From positions 620,001-684,000 of the forward strand of contig MU008166.1 in NCBI GenBank assembly GCA_010909165.1: 64,000 nucleotides of DNA. Direction: 5' to 3'. The number at the start of each line of letters is the position of its first letter. Positions within the stretch are counted from its first letter, which is position 1. The DNA comes from Anthoceros angustus (Eukaryota > Plantae > Anthocerotophyta). A program made the translations under genes and the position numbers. Below, one piece after another: positions 52,893-64,000 of this stretch. The notes under the pieces were generated by a model, which saw nothing but the letters and a program-made list of their open reading frames with translations, was not told where the DNA came from and searched no databases.

Positions 52893-54662
52893 ATGGGTGC
52901 CTGCTTTGCCAAGCAAGGCAAAGCTGATTCATGCAAGCTTGAAAACCAGAAAGCATCAGCTAACGTTCCAGCTTCTGCGAAAGCTCAGCAGCCTGTGATT
53001 CCCCATCAGAATCGGCTGTTTGGCTTCAGGTTGTGTCCTTTCACAGCAAGAATCCGTCTGGCAATTCAAGCTAAGGGAGTGAAATTCGAGCAAGCTTGGG
53101 AACCTGGAACTGAGGATTGGTTCAACTTTGACTGGGTGGGAGCTGCAAGAGCTAGCCAGAAGGTTCTGGCCTTGCAGCATGGGGAGCGCATGGTGAGGGG
53201 ATCTCCAGATGCCATAATTGAGTACATAGATGAGACGTTCAGGGAGCCGCCCTTGATTCCCTCCGGAGATGTAGAAGAACCTGTCCGAGAGTGGACATCC
53301 TATGTCCGTGACAAGTTCAGCCCGCTAGTGAGCCAGCTTTTGTGTGATGGGAGCGAGGCCACCCAGCAGGAGCTTGTGCCGAAGTTGGACGCAGTATTTG
53401 AAAGGCTGGACCATGCTATGTGGTTGAACGGTACAGGAGGCCCGTTCTTCTTTGGATCCCAGTTTACCATGACTGATGTGTACTTGATCCCGTTCCTGGA
53501 TCTGGTTCAGCTTCTCACATATTTCCGGGGCATAGAAATCAGCTCCAGTTACTCTCGTTTACTGTCGTACAGCAAGAAGATGCAGAGCTTTTCGGTGCAT
53601 ATTCCGGTGAAGTTGGACATCGCTGTGTTGAAGTCGTCAATTGCCAAAAAGCTGTTGGACGGAGCTCCTCCACCAGTGCTGATCGTCACAACTTTACAGC
53701 ATAAGAGCATATTGGCTCACTTGGATAGGGTTGTGCAGCTTGCTGATGAGCTAGCAGGTCGGAAACAGGGCCTGGTGGCAACAAACCAGCAACAGGGCAT
53801 AAGCCAGATGAGACTCCTGTCAAAAAAGTATGGCCAGCTTGTGGAGATCATGCAGGAACATGCACAGATGGAGGAGAGATTTGTTTTCCCTGCGCTTGAG
53901 AATGTTCACACAGGTTGGTAGCTCCATGATAAGCGTTGAATGTGATGAATGGTATGGTCCAGGAGGGCTTGAATTTTTGCATTTTCCTCCTGGATGACAA
54001 GAAAATTGCTGGAGGCTGACAAGCTGTGCTCGCAGGTGTTACCCAGATGGCTGACAATGAGCATGCAAGACAGCTTCCCATCATGAATGGCATCCGGGAG
54101 GATATCAAGTCAATAACTGCTCTGGAAATGCGCAGCCCTGTTCGTGATGAGGCCCTTCACGCTCTAGCCATCCGTCTGCGAAAGTTTACGGTACCAAGCT
54201 TTATCACATGTGAAGGCAACTGCGGTTGCCAGCCGTTGTGCATGTTCCTGAAATTCGTCGTTCATTGCTTAGCATTTGGATGGCATTCATTTCATGTGGA
54301 ATGACATGCAGGAGCAAACTACAGAGCACTTTAAGGAGGAGGAGAGCAAGCTACTACCTGTGCTGCAACAGGCTGGACTAGGAGTAAAGCATCAGGAAGT
54401 CCTGGTTACAAAATCTTTGTGTGTGATGGAGTCATCTCATTCACATCTCCTCCCAAATCTCTTATCCACGCTCAGCCCAAACGAGATTCACCAGTACATG
54501 AATGTGGCTCAAAAGTGCCTGGGAGACAGCAAACCGGTTCTCCTTCGCAGGATGATACAGATGCTCAAGGCCGCAGATGAGGAACTGCAGAGCGTGTGGA
54601 AGGTGATTCAGGAAAAGCTTCCGGCTCTCGCAACCCGGTGGGACTGTGCTGCTGGATCCTAG
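52893..54662 (+). CDS. Hemerythrin-class glutathione S-transferase (GST-N + GST-C + hemerythrin/HHE), 508 aa; exons 52893-53913, 54036-54190, 54312-54662
   Basis: LCPFTARIRLA (CPF motif); GPFFFGSQFTMTDVYLIPF GST-C motif; QH...EHAQMEE..VFP...EH...EHFKEEE..LLP hemerythrin ligand pattern; two GT-AG introns keep the frame. Confidence 0.9.
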
Positions 54663-56629
54663 AATGTACTGCACTCGGTTCGGCCTCTGGCACAGTCTGG
54701 AGCGTTTTCAACAAGTCATAGAGACAGGTTGCGTGCTCATGGCAGTCCCGCAACAAACTATTGCTGGTGCCAGAAGCTTTTGTACCAAAGAAAATTTGAT
54801 TTGAACTGCTGAAAGCGACACCCTTAAGGTCACTGCTACCTGCGTACATACCGACAGTCACCGAAGCTTCCCTCGAGCACAGCAAGCCCTGACTCAAGGC
54901 TCTTCGACACTTTCAAGTACATACACCACCAGCAAAGCCCAGGGGCTTACACGTCCCTAAAATTAGCAACTCTTGTCAAGTCCAGAACGCTCTCATCTCA
55001 CACGCAATCCCTCTCCCTCCGACTCCATCCCTCATCTGCATTGCCAGACTCCCACGACATGTGCCTCCTGAAAGCTGTTGCAAGTGGAAGCACCAGTACA
55101 CCATACAAGATAGCCCGGATCCGATCCCGACCTCACATGCTCCAGTTGCAGCCAGCTGGTCTCACCTCCTTCTGTTGCAGGTCCGACCTAATATAGCTCT
55201 CCTTTTAAAAGTCTGCAACACTGCAGACTTATCACTTCCTTCCCCAAGGGCTGTACACATCTGCCAGAAGCAATGTACATATGTACATCCATAAACGCAA
55301 CACACACTCCAGTCACACATCATGTACAGGCATGCACTGCATGCAACACAGTCTCCATTCAACCGAATCACGGAAACTTCTTACATATCAAGTTGTCACC
55401 CGGTCGTCACCAACTGTCGCGAAAGGATCGCACAACCAGCAGGACAGCAACAGCTGGGGCGGGCAGTGTTTTGTAGTCCGGGAACAATCAAGAAGGAAAG
55501 CAACAACGCAAGCAGCTGTGCTCCCGGTGTCCGTCCGGCTCTGGATACACCACATCCTCTCACGCGCACGCAAACATGCCTCCCCCCCGGGCCCAGACCC
55601 CCGGCTAATTCCAGCGCTCCCGCAACGGCCTCCAAATCTGGCGGTGCTTACCGCCGGCCCTAATTCTGGCCGCACATCCTTCCAGCGAATCCCTGTCTGG
55701 CACACAGCGCTCTCGGGCCCGACGTGCGGAGATGGCATCAAACAGCCCGATTCGGGCTGGCTGGCTGGCTCGTACCTACAATGCCGCCGGCCTCGTGTCC
55801 GGCGTGGTGCAGCTGCAGTCTGCGGCACGGCAACAGCACCCCCGGCTTAACCCCGGTTAAGATAACCGCATCCAGCGGTCAGGCGACTCAGGCACAGGAC
55901 ATGGAGCAGGGAGCAGGGAGCAGGCTGGCAGGGAGGACTATACATAGACCCCGGGAGGGGCAGTACGCAATAAGCCCTCAGGTGTCATGTACTCTGCCAT
56001 GTCCTTTAAATTTTTGTTTGCGAACGTACATACCATGGTTACTTGGGCCCGTGACCGCGGGAAATCGCGGTCACGAGGTCGGCGCCCGGCGGTAGGGCGC
56101 GAGCCCCGAGAGATCATCGCAAGTACATTTTGCATTAGTATATGGTGCAGGTAATCGTTGTTTGCACATCGGCCAAGCAAAGCTGCAGAATGCCAGGCCG
56201 GCTGCTGCGGGGATTCAAGTTTTAATGCCCATTGAATGCAACTCTGCAGTGCAGGGCAGTGCCCGGCGGAGGACCCGCCGGGTCGGAAGCCGGCCCCCCT
56301 CCATATCGCAACTCCGTTCCCATCCCGTTTTCAAACTCCCATCGCTCGTGTGCCAGGGCTCTTGCTCTTTCTCGACTCCCGCTACCCGACACACCCGCCC
56401 GTCAGCCTTGGGCGACCGGTGGTCCGAGGCGCCCGGGGCGTCCGGTACCCGCGCCCCGAGCCCCCTCGTCACTCTGCCCAACTTCCAACCGGCCCGACCC
56501 CCCAGAACCAGACCTATCCTCTGTCCCGGCAGTTCAAAAAAACTTCAAACCCTCATCCAGGACCCGCAGGTGGATGTACGTAGGTAGTCCCAATGGCTTA
56601 GGCCACATGGACACACATTTATAAGAACA

Positions 56630-56755
56630 CCGCTGTTAGCATCTTGTGCTTACAAGATGGGTACTTACAAGGGGTGCTTAGAAGATGGGTACTTAGATGC
56701 GCTGACAAGATGGGCACTTAGATGGGGTGCTTAGAAGATGGGTACGTAGATGGGG
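56630..56755. repeat. Short degenerate tandem repeat
   Basis: CTTA(G/C)AAGATGGG(T/C)AC units. Confidence 0.7.
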
Positions 56756-57584
56756 GTGGTGGAGGGAGTGGATGCCCTTGGTGCAAATAGCTTAGCACAC
56801 CATGCTACAACTTGGTAACTACGAAGTCCCATCTCAATTTCATCAGAAGAAGAAGAAAGACGAAGTCTATTTGTGTCCACTCGAGTATCATAGAGATTTG
56901 TCTTCTCTTCTTCATCTTCGTAGGGTTCAGGGTTTAGGGTTTGGGATTACAGTACATTCATTTTAGCAACTTGGGAGAAGCAAGGAGACGTGGGTGTCGC
57001 GGACTCTGCCTTGGCTGACCCGGGGACTCGATCGAAAGCTCAGAAGCCGAGATGCCGAAGTCAAAAACATCCTCGACTTCCACAAAACTGCAGCATCTCG
57101 TATTCCCGGCGCCCACACGGCATACGGTCTCGCAAATTCCGATACGGTGTACATATCTAGATGTACGTCCTTTTAGGAGTCGGAACAAATGCGCGTAGCC
57201 GCGGCCGGCTGCATAATACCTCGCATGTACGTGTACGCCGCTGTGCCACGTACGAGAACGAGACGTTTCATCGACCATATATAGAAGAGAAGGGAAGGTG
57301 AAGGGAAGCATCCAGAACCCATTCAAGGCCGGCCGCCGGCCCCACCCGCCCGACTTAACACCAATTTAGCTCCAACAAAGATTGGGGATATCGGCCGGTG
57401 CCGCTGGTTACAGCCTGTTACTGTTTAGGATTTCATTAGCGCACGCGTAATCTGGTATATTCTTTACTTGGCTCCCGCGACCATAGGGCGCGGCGAGACC
57501 CCGTTCAAATCGACGGAAGAGTCGGGAATCCGTTTGGGGAGGCGATCGGACCTGACCTGCCGTGGAGGTCAGGTGGGAGGTCCG

Positions 57585-57666
57585 GTTGGGTGAGGTGAGG
57601 TCAGGTAAGGTTAGGTTGGGTCGGGTTAGGTTGGGTTAGGTTAGGTTAGGTGCAGGTTAGGTTTGG
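57585..57666. repeat. Degenerate (GGTTA)n pentamer tract
   Basis: GGTTAGGTTGGGTCGGGTTAGGTTGGGTTAGGTTAGGTTAGG. Confidence 0.8.
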
Positions 57667-60562
57667 TCCTGTTCCCCGTTCCCCGTTACTCTAAGGTTTC
57701 ACGCGCCGTGGATCTTGGGCGGTTACTCAGAATATTCAAATGGTGTCATGCCATATGCATGCCCATGAGGGTGCATGATGGGCGAGCGATGCGCCAGGCT
57801 GGAATTTCCGCGTTCTCTTCTCATGGGCGATAGATATTCACCTCGCTCCCACGGCGTGCAACGCTATGCATGTCCTGCGGGCCTGGCTCCGTTTGTTTGC
57901 TCCACCCGCTTTCTCGCTGCAATCTGCAGCCTTTTATGGAAAGCCGGAATCCCCACAACGTGGCCATCAAGGCTCGCCCTCGTCATCACTCTTAAATAAC
58001 TGCCTCCACAGTCCTTTATTCACTCAAATTTATGTGAGGAAATCTGGTGCCACAAGCCTCAGCTCACACCCATGTCCTCACCTCGTCTTCATTCTTGAAG
58101 ATCCCTTCAACAATGTCGCAAAATGAGTGTTGCACTTGCTGTCGTAAGTGCACACTTGGCAACATAATACGTAGCAAAGCCCATCTCATTACTGAGTCAC
58201 TAAGTACAGCACATCAGCTTAAAATGCGATAGAAACATGACAATAATTCCGAAGCACTTCTTTCTCGTAGCTGTTGTGGAAAGAGCAAGCAAGTAATTCA
58301 AATTCGCCTTTACGTTTACGAATATGAATTTGAATCTCAGAACTTTCCTTCGTTCGTATCGTATCCAGGCACGAAAGCCCATACCCGGGCTAAAAACGAG
58401 CATATCTATCTCGCCACCAAGGCACAAATACCCACCTAAGCGAGGACGGGACAATGTGTGATTAGCTCACGCTTGTGTCACGGGGCGAGAATTAAGCGGG
58501 TATGGAATTTTTGAATATGTAGCTTAACGGTAAATGAGAATCCGAAATATTTCAGGGCTTTGGGGAAATGCGGAATATGTGGTGTCCTAGCCGGGCGGCT
58601 GTTGCGGGAATATGTGATATGATGAGCCGACCATGAATGCGGGGCAGGGACGGGCGGCCCGTTTCAGGCTGCCTTGGACGCGACAAAAGAAAGTGTCAAC
58701 TGTGTTACAGCAACCGGCCAAAAACACGGACTGAGTTCAGAGCAGAGCAGAGCTCCAGATGCGCGTGGCGCGAGACCTTTTTCTTTCAGTATTTTGCCCG
58801 GTCAGTGGAATAATATTTTATTGGCCTGGGCCCTGGGCGGTCCAGAAGTCGACTCGAGGGCTACCAGTTCACAGGGGTAGGGTAATGGTAGTCTGCGCCA
58901 GTGGCTGGGCCATGGCGGGGTAAAGAAGACAAGGGACACACTCACGTTCCTGGACGTGGCCCCGGCACCTGCGGCCGTGCTTTTCTCGCGGCTGTGCATT
59001 CCGATCTCCGGGGCTTGTCGTCCCCGCTGGCCCCGCGTCCTTGCTTGTGCTGCGCGAGTGCGTTACTGTAGCCCTGTTCTACTGTGGAGACGGGAGCTTA
59101 CCTGGAGCGGCGATGGAGGAGGCGATTTGGCCTCGTCTTCCGTGCCAGGTTGGTGGAGGTTGCTCCTGTTTCATTTCGCTGCTTCTTGCGAGGTTGCTTG
59201 TGGCAAGTGTGCGGGCTAGGAAGGAAGGTTGGATAGGCAGGCTGGCTGGCAAGCTACACGCGTCTCTCTCCTCGGCTCTTGCTGCTACAGCGGTATCATC
59301 TCGGGTTGAAAGCGGCAGAGATGGACTTTGTGCTTGGACCTCTCGAAATTCCCCTGCTCTGACTGGCTGGAAAAGGACTCTGCACCCTGCTTGCTCCCTG
59401 GCTCGCCGTCAGTCAGATTTGCTTGCCCTGCTACCTCCCTTCTCTGCATCCATTCCGTATTCCGCTGCTCTGAGAACTCCGGACGTCGCCGGCAGGCACG
59501 CTGCTTTGTCCCTTGTTTGCTTCTCTTCTTCCTCCTCTCGCGGCACGCAGCCTGCCTGCCTGCCTTGGAGGTCGAGATTGAGCTCCCGAGTCTTCCTGCG
59601 CCTCTGCGCGGCCCCGCTTTTTTGACTGCCTTGCTCCGCACTCGTTGCTCCCTTCTTGCTTGCGTTCTTCCTGTGTGAGCGTCGGCGTTGCCCGTGGCTT
59701 GGCTCAGCGGGGGTTTGTTCCGATGTCGGTGCTTCTTGTTTGACCTACATGTAGCCTTTCTTCTTTGCCTGCCCCGCCCTCCTCTTAAACTCCCGTCCTG
59801 CTAGCCTTCTTGTCGCGTCTTGCTGGACGCTTCAATTGAGCCCCGCCGCTGAACCTGGATGCCCGTGTCCAATTTCCAGTCGAGGGGGACCCCGGTGTTG
59901 GAGTCACGTCAGAAAGTGAGGTCAACAGCTTGTACGACAGCTTCATTTGAGGCGCTCATGAGCAATTCTTTGGAGTTGCGACAATCCGCGTGTAGCAGGT
60001 TTGCTCCATCTTCTGTTTGCTCTTCTGGTGGGATGTGTCGTGTCGGCTTGGTGCTTCTCACGAAGCAATTGGAGGAGAGTCGTGATGGTTAGGTGTCAGG
60101 CTGGAAACTCGACGGGTTTCAATTTCACTAGGCGCAGTGCGTCGGGGAGTGCGTCTTCTCCTTCCTCATGTTTCTTGGACCGATTCTTCAAGAGCCTCTG
60201 GCCGGCTTTGCCTGCTCTTTTCTGTAGTGCTAGTCTCGACTCCTGAGGCCAGCTTGAGTTGGATTTGGACTTGCTTGGCCCTTCCCCTTCTGTCCTTGGC
60301 AAGGTCCTTGTGGCCGCATCGAAAGTGTCGCGCACTTTCCTCCTCTCGGGGAGTTCGACGGTTTCTAGGTCGGAGCTATCGATGTTCCCTGTGTCTGTTC
60401 TTATGGTGCGACGTACTTTGCAGATATTCTTGGAGAAACACAGTCTGGGAGCACAGAAGCTGAGCATTCGTCTTTGACTTAGTAGAACAGAACTTGTGGG
60501 GAAGGAAAGCAGCCTCCGAGTTGGTGTAGCTGGAGTCGTTACGTAAGTTCCTGCTCAGGAAA

Positions 60563-62373
60563 ATGGCCGAGGTTCTACCACCTCGGCATTATATATCGGA
60601 CAGTCCCGACTCCGATGACGCCATGTTCGATTTCAGCGGGCCAGGTTCTTCGCCGATGAGTTCCCGGATGACTAGGTTTACCTTGAACTCAGACAACAAC
60701 AGAGAGTCGGATGAATACGCGTCGGATTACTGCAACACTGCCGTCTCCCCCCTCATCACTCATCCATCAGAGACAGATGATGACAACGCGCTTCCTTACG
60801 AGAGCACAAGTAGTGCCGCGGAGAACAGCAGACGAGGTGGAAGAGTGGGCAGGCATGGTGGAGAGTTGATGGTGAGGTCTGACCAGGAAAGCGCCGAGCT
60901 ATCCATGTTAGCTCTAATGATAGCAGCTGTTCGGAGATCTTTGCTCACATGCAACACCGGGCCTGAAGACGGAATGGATATTGGGTGGCCCACTAATGTG
61001 CAACATGTAGCTCATGTGACATTTGATCGCTTCAACGGCTTTCTCGGACTCCCAGTAGAGTTTGAAGTTGAGATCCCAAGGAGGGCCCCAAGCGCAAGGT
61101 GAGGTTCACTGTCTACACTAGGTGCTCGTGGAACAAGTCTCGGCCCTTCTGCCGCCAACTGTTGAAAGCTTGCCTCACCGTTTTCTTTAATGGCAGTGCA
61201 AGCGTCTTTGGAGTTTCGGCGGAATCTATGCAATGCTCTTATGATATGAAGGGCAACAGCGTGCCAACCATCCTGCTTTTGATGCAAGAACAATTGTACA
61301 ACCAGGGTGGTCTTAAGGTATAGATCAGTCACAGTGTTGACGTCTGCAGTTATGTTTCGTCGGCCATAACTTAGCCATCCAAGTCTTTGTCAGCTGAAGC
61401 ACTCTATGTTAATGTTTTACTGGTTTTGTTTTCTCAGGCAGAGGGGATCTTCAGAATAAATGCCGAAAATAGCCACGAAGAGCATGTACGGGACCAGCTG
61501 AACAAAGGCCTTGTACCGTATGACATTGATCTACACTGCTTAGCCGGTCTTATCAAGGTAAGAAAAGGTGCAGCTTGTAAAAGTGGATTATTCTCTGGAA
61601 ATTGCTCGGTCATGTGCTTAGTCTCATGCTCGAGTGGCTTTTTTGCAGGCTTGGTTTCGAGAACTACCAAGAGGAGTCCTGGATTCTTTGACTCCCGAAC
61701 AAGTCCTGCAATGCCACACTGAGGAGCAGTGTGTGGATTTGGTGAAGGAGCTCCCACCTACACAAGCAGCTCTCCTAGACTGGGCTATCAATCTTATGGC
61801 TGACGTTGTGCAAGAGGAGGCCACCAATAAGATGAATGCCCGAAATATTGCTATGGTGTTTGCTCCAAATATGACTCAGGTATTTGTTTAAGCCACTCCA
61901 ACTCATGCCCTCTTGACTTGGCTCCAGTTTCAGTTGTGGTGGCTTCTCAGCTGACCAATCTGCCGGATTTGGGAGCTTTGCTGCCTGGAAGGTTTACTAG
62001 TTCTCACCATCTTCTAATTTGGTTGCAGATGGCAGATCCCTTGACAGCGCTGATGCATGCTGTCCAAGTAATGAATTTTCTGAAGACTCTGATCTTAAGG
62101 ACTTTGCGAGAGCGACAGGAGGCCGCTCTTGATCCTCATCCTACTTCCTCGCGGCCTGAGGAACCTCATGAAGATAGTCGGGACAACGATTATGGGGGTG
62201 CTCTGCTCAATGGCTTCACCTCTCGAGATAGTAGCGTGAGGGAGCCGAAATTGGAATATGAGGACTACACTCACCGGAAAGCTCAATCCAAGCCGCGTGG
62301 CAAGTCGAAGAACAGAGGTGGAAGGCTTGTGAGCACTATAGATCAACAAAGTGAGCGAGTGGAGGCATGGTGA
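60563..62373 (+). CDS. ROPGAP: CRIB-domain Rho GTPase-activating protein (RopGAP), 450 aa; exons 60563-61098, 61197-61317, 61438-61557, 61649-61879, 62029-62373
   Basis: CRIB MDIGWPTNVQHVAHVTFDRFNGFLGLP; RAPSASASVFGVS; AEGIFRI arginine finger; AWFRELP; NKMNARNIAMVFAPNMTQMADPLTALMHAVQVMN; four GT-AG introns in phase. Confidence 0.97.
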
Positions 62374-62896
62374 GAAGACCATATGAGAAGTCTCCTTCCA
62401 TTCGAACTGCAGGAGAGGGCAAGATACTATCGATGCATCTCGTCCACTGATTTGTCGGAAGATAAAGGCACATGAAGACGTTGTTGATGTTGAATGTCCG
62501 CAGCGTGCATCTGCGGTAGGTGAGGTGGTTGGTGTTGAGACGCTTCGGGTCTCGGGAGAAGCAGGCGGCAGCCGGTCATCGGACAAGATGGAAACTGGTT
62601 GTCAGTCTGGCTTGGAATAGTATCATGTGCAATGTCCGTTTAAGTGACGCAGCAGTGCAAGGCTAGATGGTTCATGCCCTTGGGTGCAAAGTAATTTGCC
62701 CTCCTGTCCAGCATCTAAAACTGTAGGTGATCCACAATCAGGACAAAGTTAACTTCAAATCTAGGTGAGAAGCTTCCACATCCTGTACCAACTACCCTGT
62801 AAAGTTGTGTAAAATAATTCCGGTGACTTTCAACCCAATGGGTGCTTGTGCACAGAGTTGCATCTTGGTTGCACTTGGGGAATGGCAGTCCTCCTT

Positions 62897-63070
62897 GTGG
62901 AAGTCTGCTTGTAATCATGCCTGTGACTGATGCATTGCCTGTGGAAGTCTGCTCGTAATCATGCCTGTGACTGATACATTGCCTGTGGAAGTCTGCTCGT
63001 AATCATGCCTGTGACTGATACATTGCCTGTGGAAGTCTGCTCGTAATCATGCCTGTGACTGATACATTGC
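62897..63070. repeat. 44-bp tandem repeat, ~4 copies
   Basis: GTAATCATGCCTGTGACTGATACATTGCCTGTGGAAGTCTGCTC starting at 62911, 62955, 62999 and 63043. Confidence 0.95.
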
Positions 63071-63689
63071 CGAAGTCCAAGATAACGTCGATGATCCCCG
63101 CACTCGTTTTCCTCAGCGGCAGTCTCTGGCTGCCTGACCCTGGCAACAATGCTATCGCTACAGGGACTTGCAAGTGTTTGATTTGGATACAGAGCGAGAT
63201 GAGAAATTGCAAACAACTATGCATTTCATGTGCCTGGATTCCGCTGAGGTTTGCGCCCACTAGGGGCGGGGTCTGACAGTGCCGGCGGAACGAGATTCTT
63301 TGGATCGCGGGCTCCTTGGAGTGCTTCTGACCATACTGACAATGACGATATCTGTTGCCTCTGTGCAAGTTGTTTATAAGCAGGATCTTTCTTTGGTCGA
63401 CAGACAGCACACGTGGAATGACGAGACTGGAATGGAAATTTGAATTATAAATTCCTAACTAACGAATTCTAAATCTATGACATGGTAGGGCATACGAGTG
63501 ACGCGGAAAGAGTTTGACATGGTAGGGCATAGGAGTAACATGATAGGGCATATGAAAAACGTAGAAAGAGTTTGACATGGTAGGGCATAGGAGTAACGAC
63601 TCTTTCTACGCAGCTAATAAGGAATCGACAAGTACTAGCTTCCCAGCGGTCTAGGATCTTGCCAATTCACTCCACAACAGACTTGCACG

Positions 63690-63925
63690 ATTCTCGGTGC
63701 TCTCAACCTCACGACGCAACACGAGGCTCCAAGTAGCTCGCCAGCTTTCAACCTCACGACGCAACACTAGGCTCCAAGTAGCTCGCCTAGGCTCCAAGTA
63801 GCTCGCCATCCGCTCTCAACAATTCTCAGTGCTCTCAATCTCCCAACGCAACACTAGGCTCCAAGTAGCTCGCCGTCTGCTCTCAACCTCATGACGTAAT
63901 ACTAGGCTCCAAGTAGCCCGCCATC
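63690..63925. repeat. Degenerate tandem repeat
   Basis: CTCTCAACCTCACGACGCAACACTAGGCTCCAAGTAGCTCGCC-like units. Confidence 0.8.
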
Positions 63926-64000
63926 CACTAACAACTCGCAGACCACCTCCTCGAAGTGGTGCTCTTCATTGATAGAATACACACTTGAGTGTGGCTATCT

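Noticed and set aside
55061-56624. Multiple overlapping ORFs
   Set aside because: GC-rich and open on both strands, with no domain or consistent splice pattern.
62897-63070. 44-bp repeats as a CRISPR array or coding repeat
   Set aside because: Head-to-tail with no spacers; the unit length is not a multiple of 3.

Overview
Eukaryotic window from a land plant, probably a non-seed plant (hemerythrin-class GST, RopGAP, introns of about 90-150 bp). The first ~44 kb is a four-level nest of transposons whose junctions can be read directly. (1) A Ty3/Gypsy chromovirus (gag-PR-RT-RH-INT-chromodomain, 39912-~43928) is interrupted in gag by (2) an Athila-like Ty3/Gypsy element (tRNA-Asp PBS, 3' end at 39911). 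The start of its RT is split by (3) a ~25.8 kb CACTA-superfamily element with unusual CCCTA ends and a TAT target duplication (7759-33537). The transposase of that element is split by (4) a 10.4 kb canonical CACTA element inserted in the opposite orientation (16377-26810). The two CACTA elements carry three related TnpA-like ORFs, protease-like and UIM-like remnants, an orphan ORF, and a 1.35 kb foldback built from a palindromic motif array. The last 20 kb holds minisatellites, a gag remnant, a hAT-type MITE, and two clean host genes: a 3-exon hemerythrin-class GST and a 5-exon CRIB-RhoGAP (RopGAP). Repeats are full of indels and local tandem duplications while the host genes are clean, so many frameshifts may be assembly errors. 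Family assignments come from recognised motifs, not database searches.
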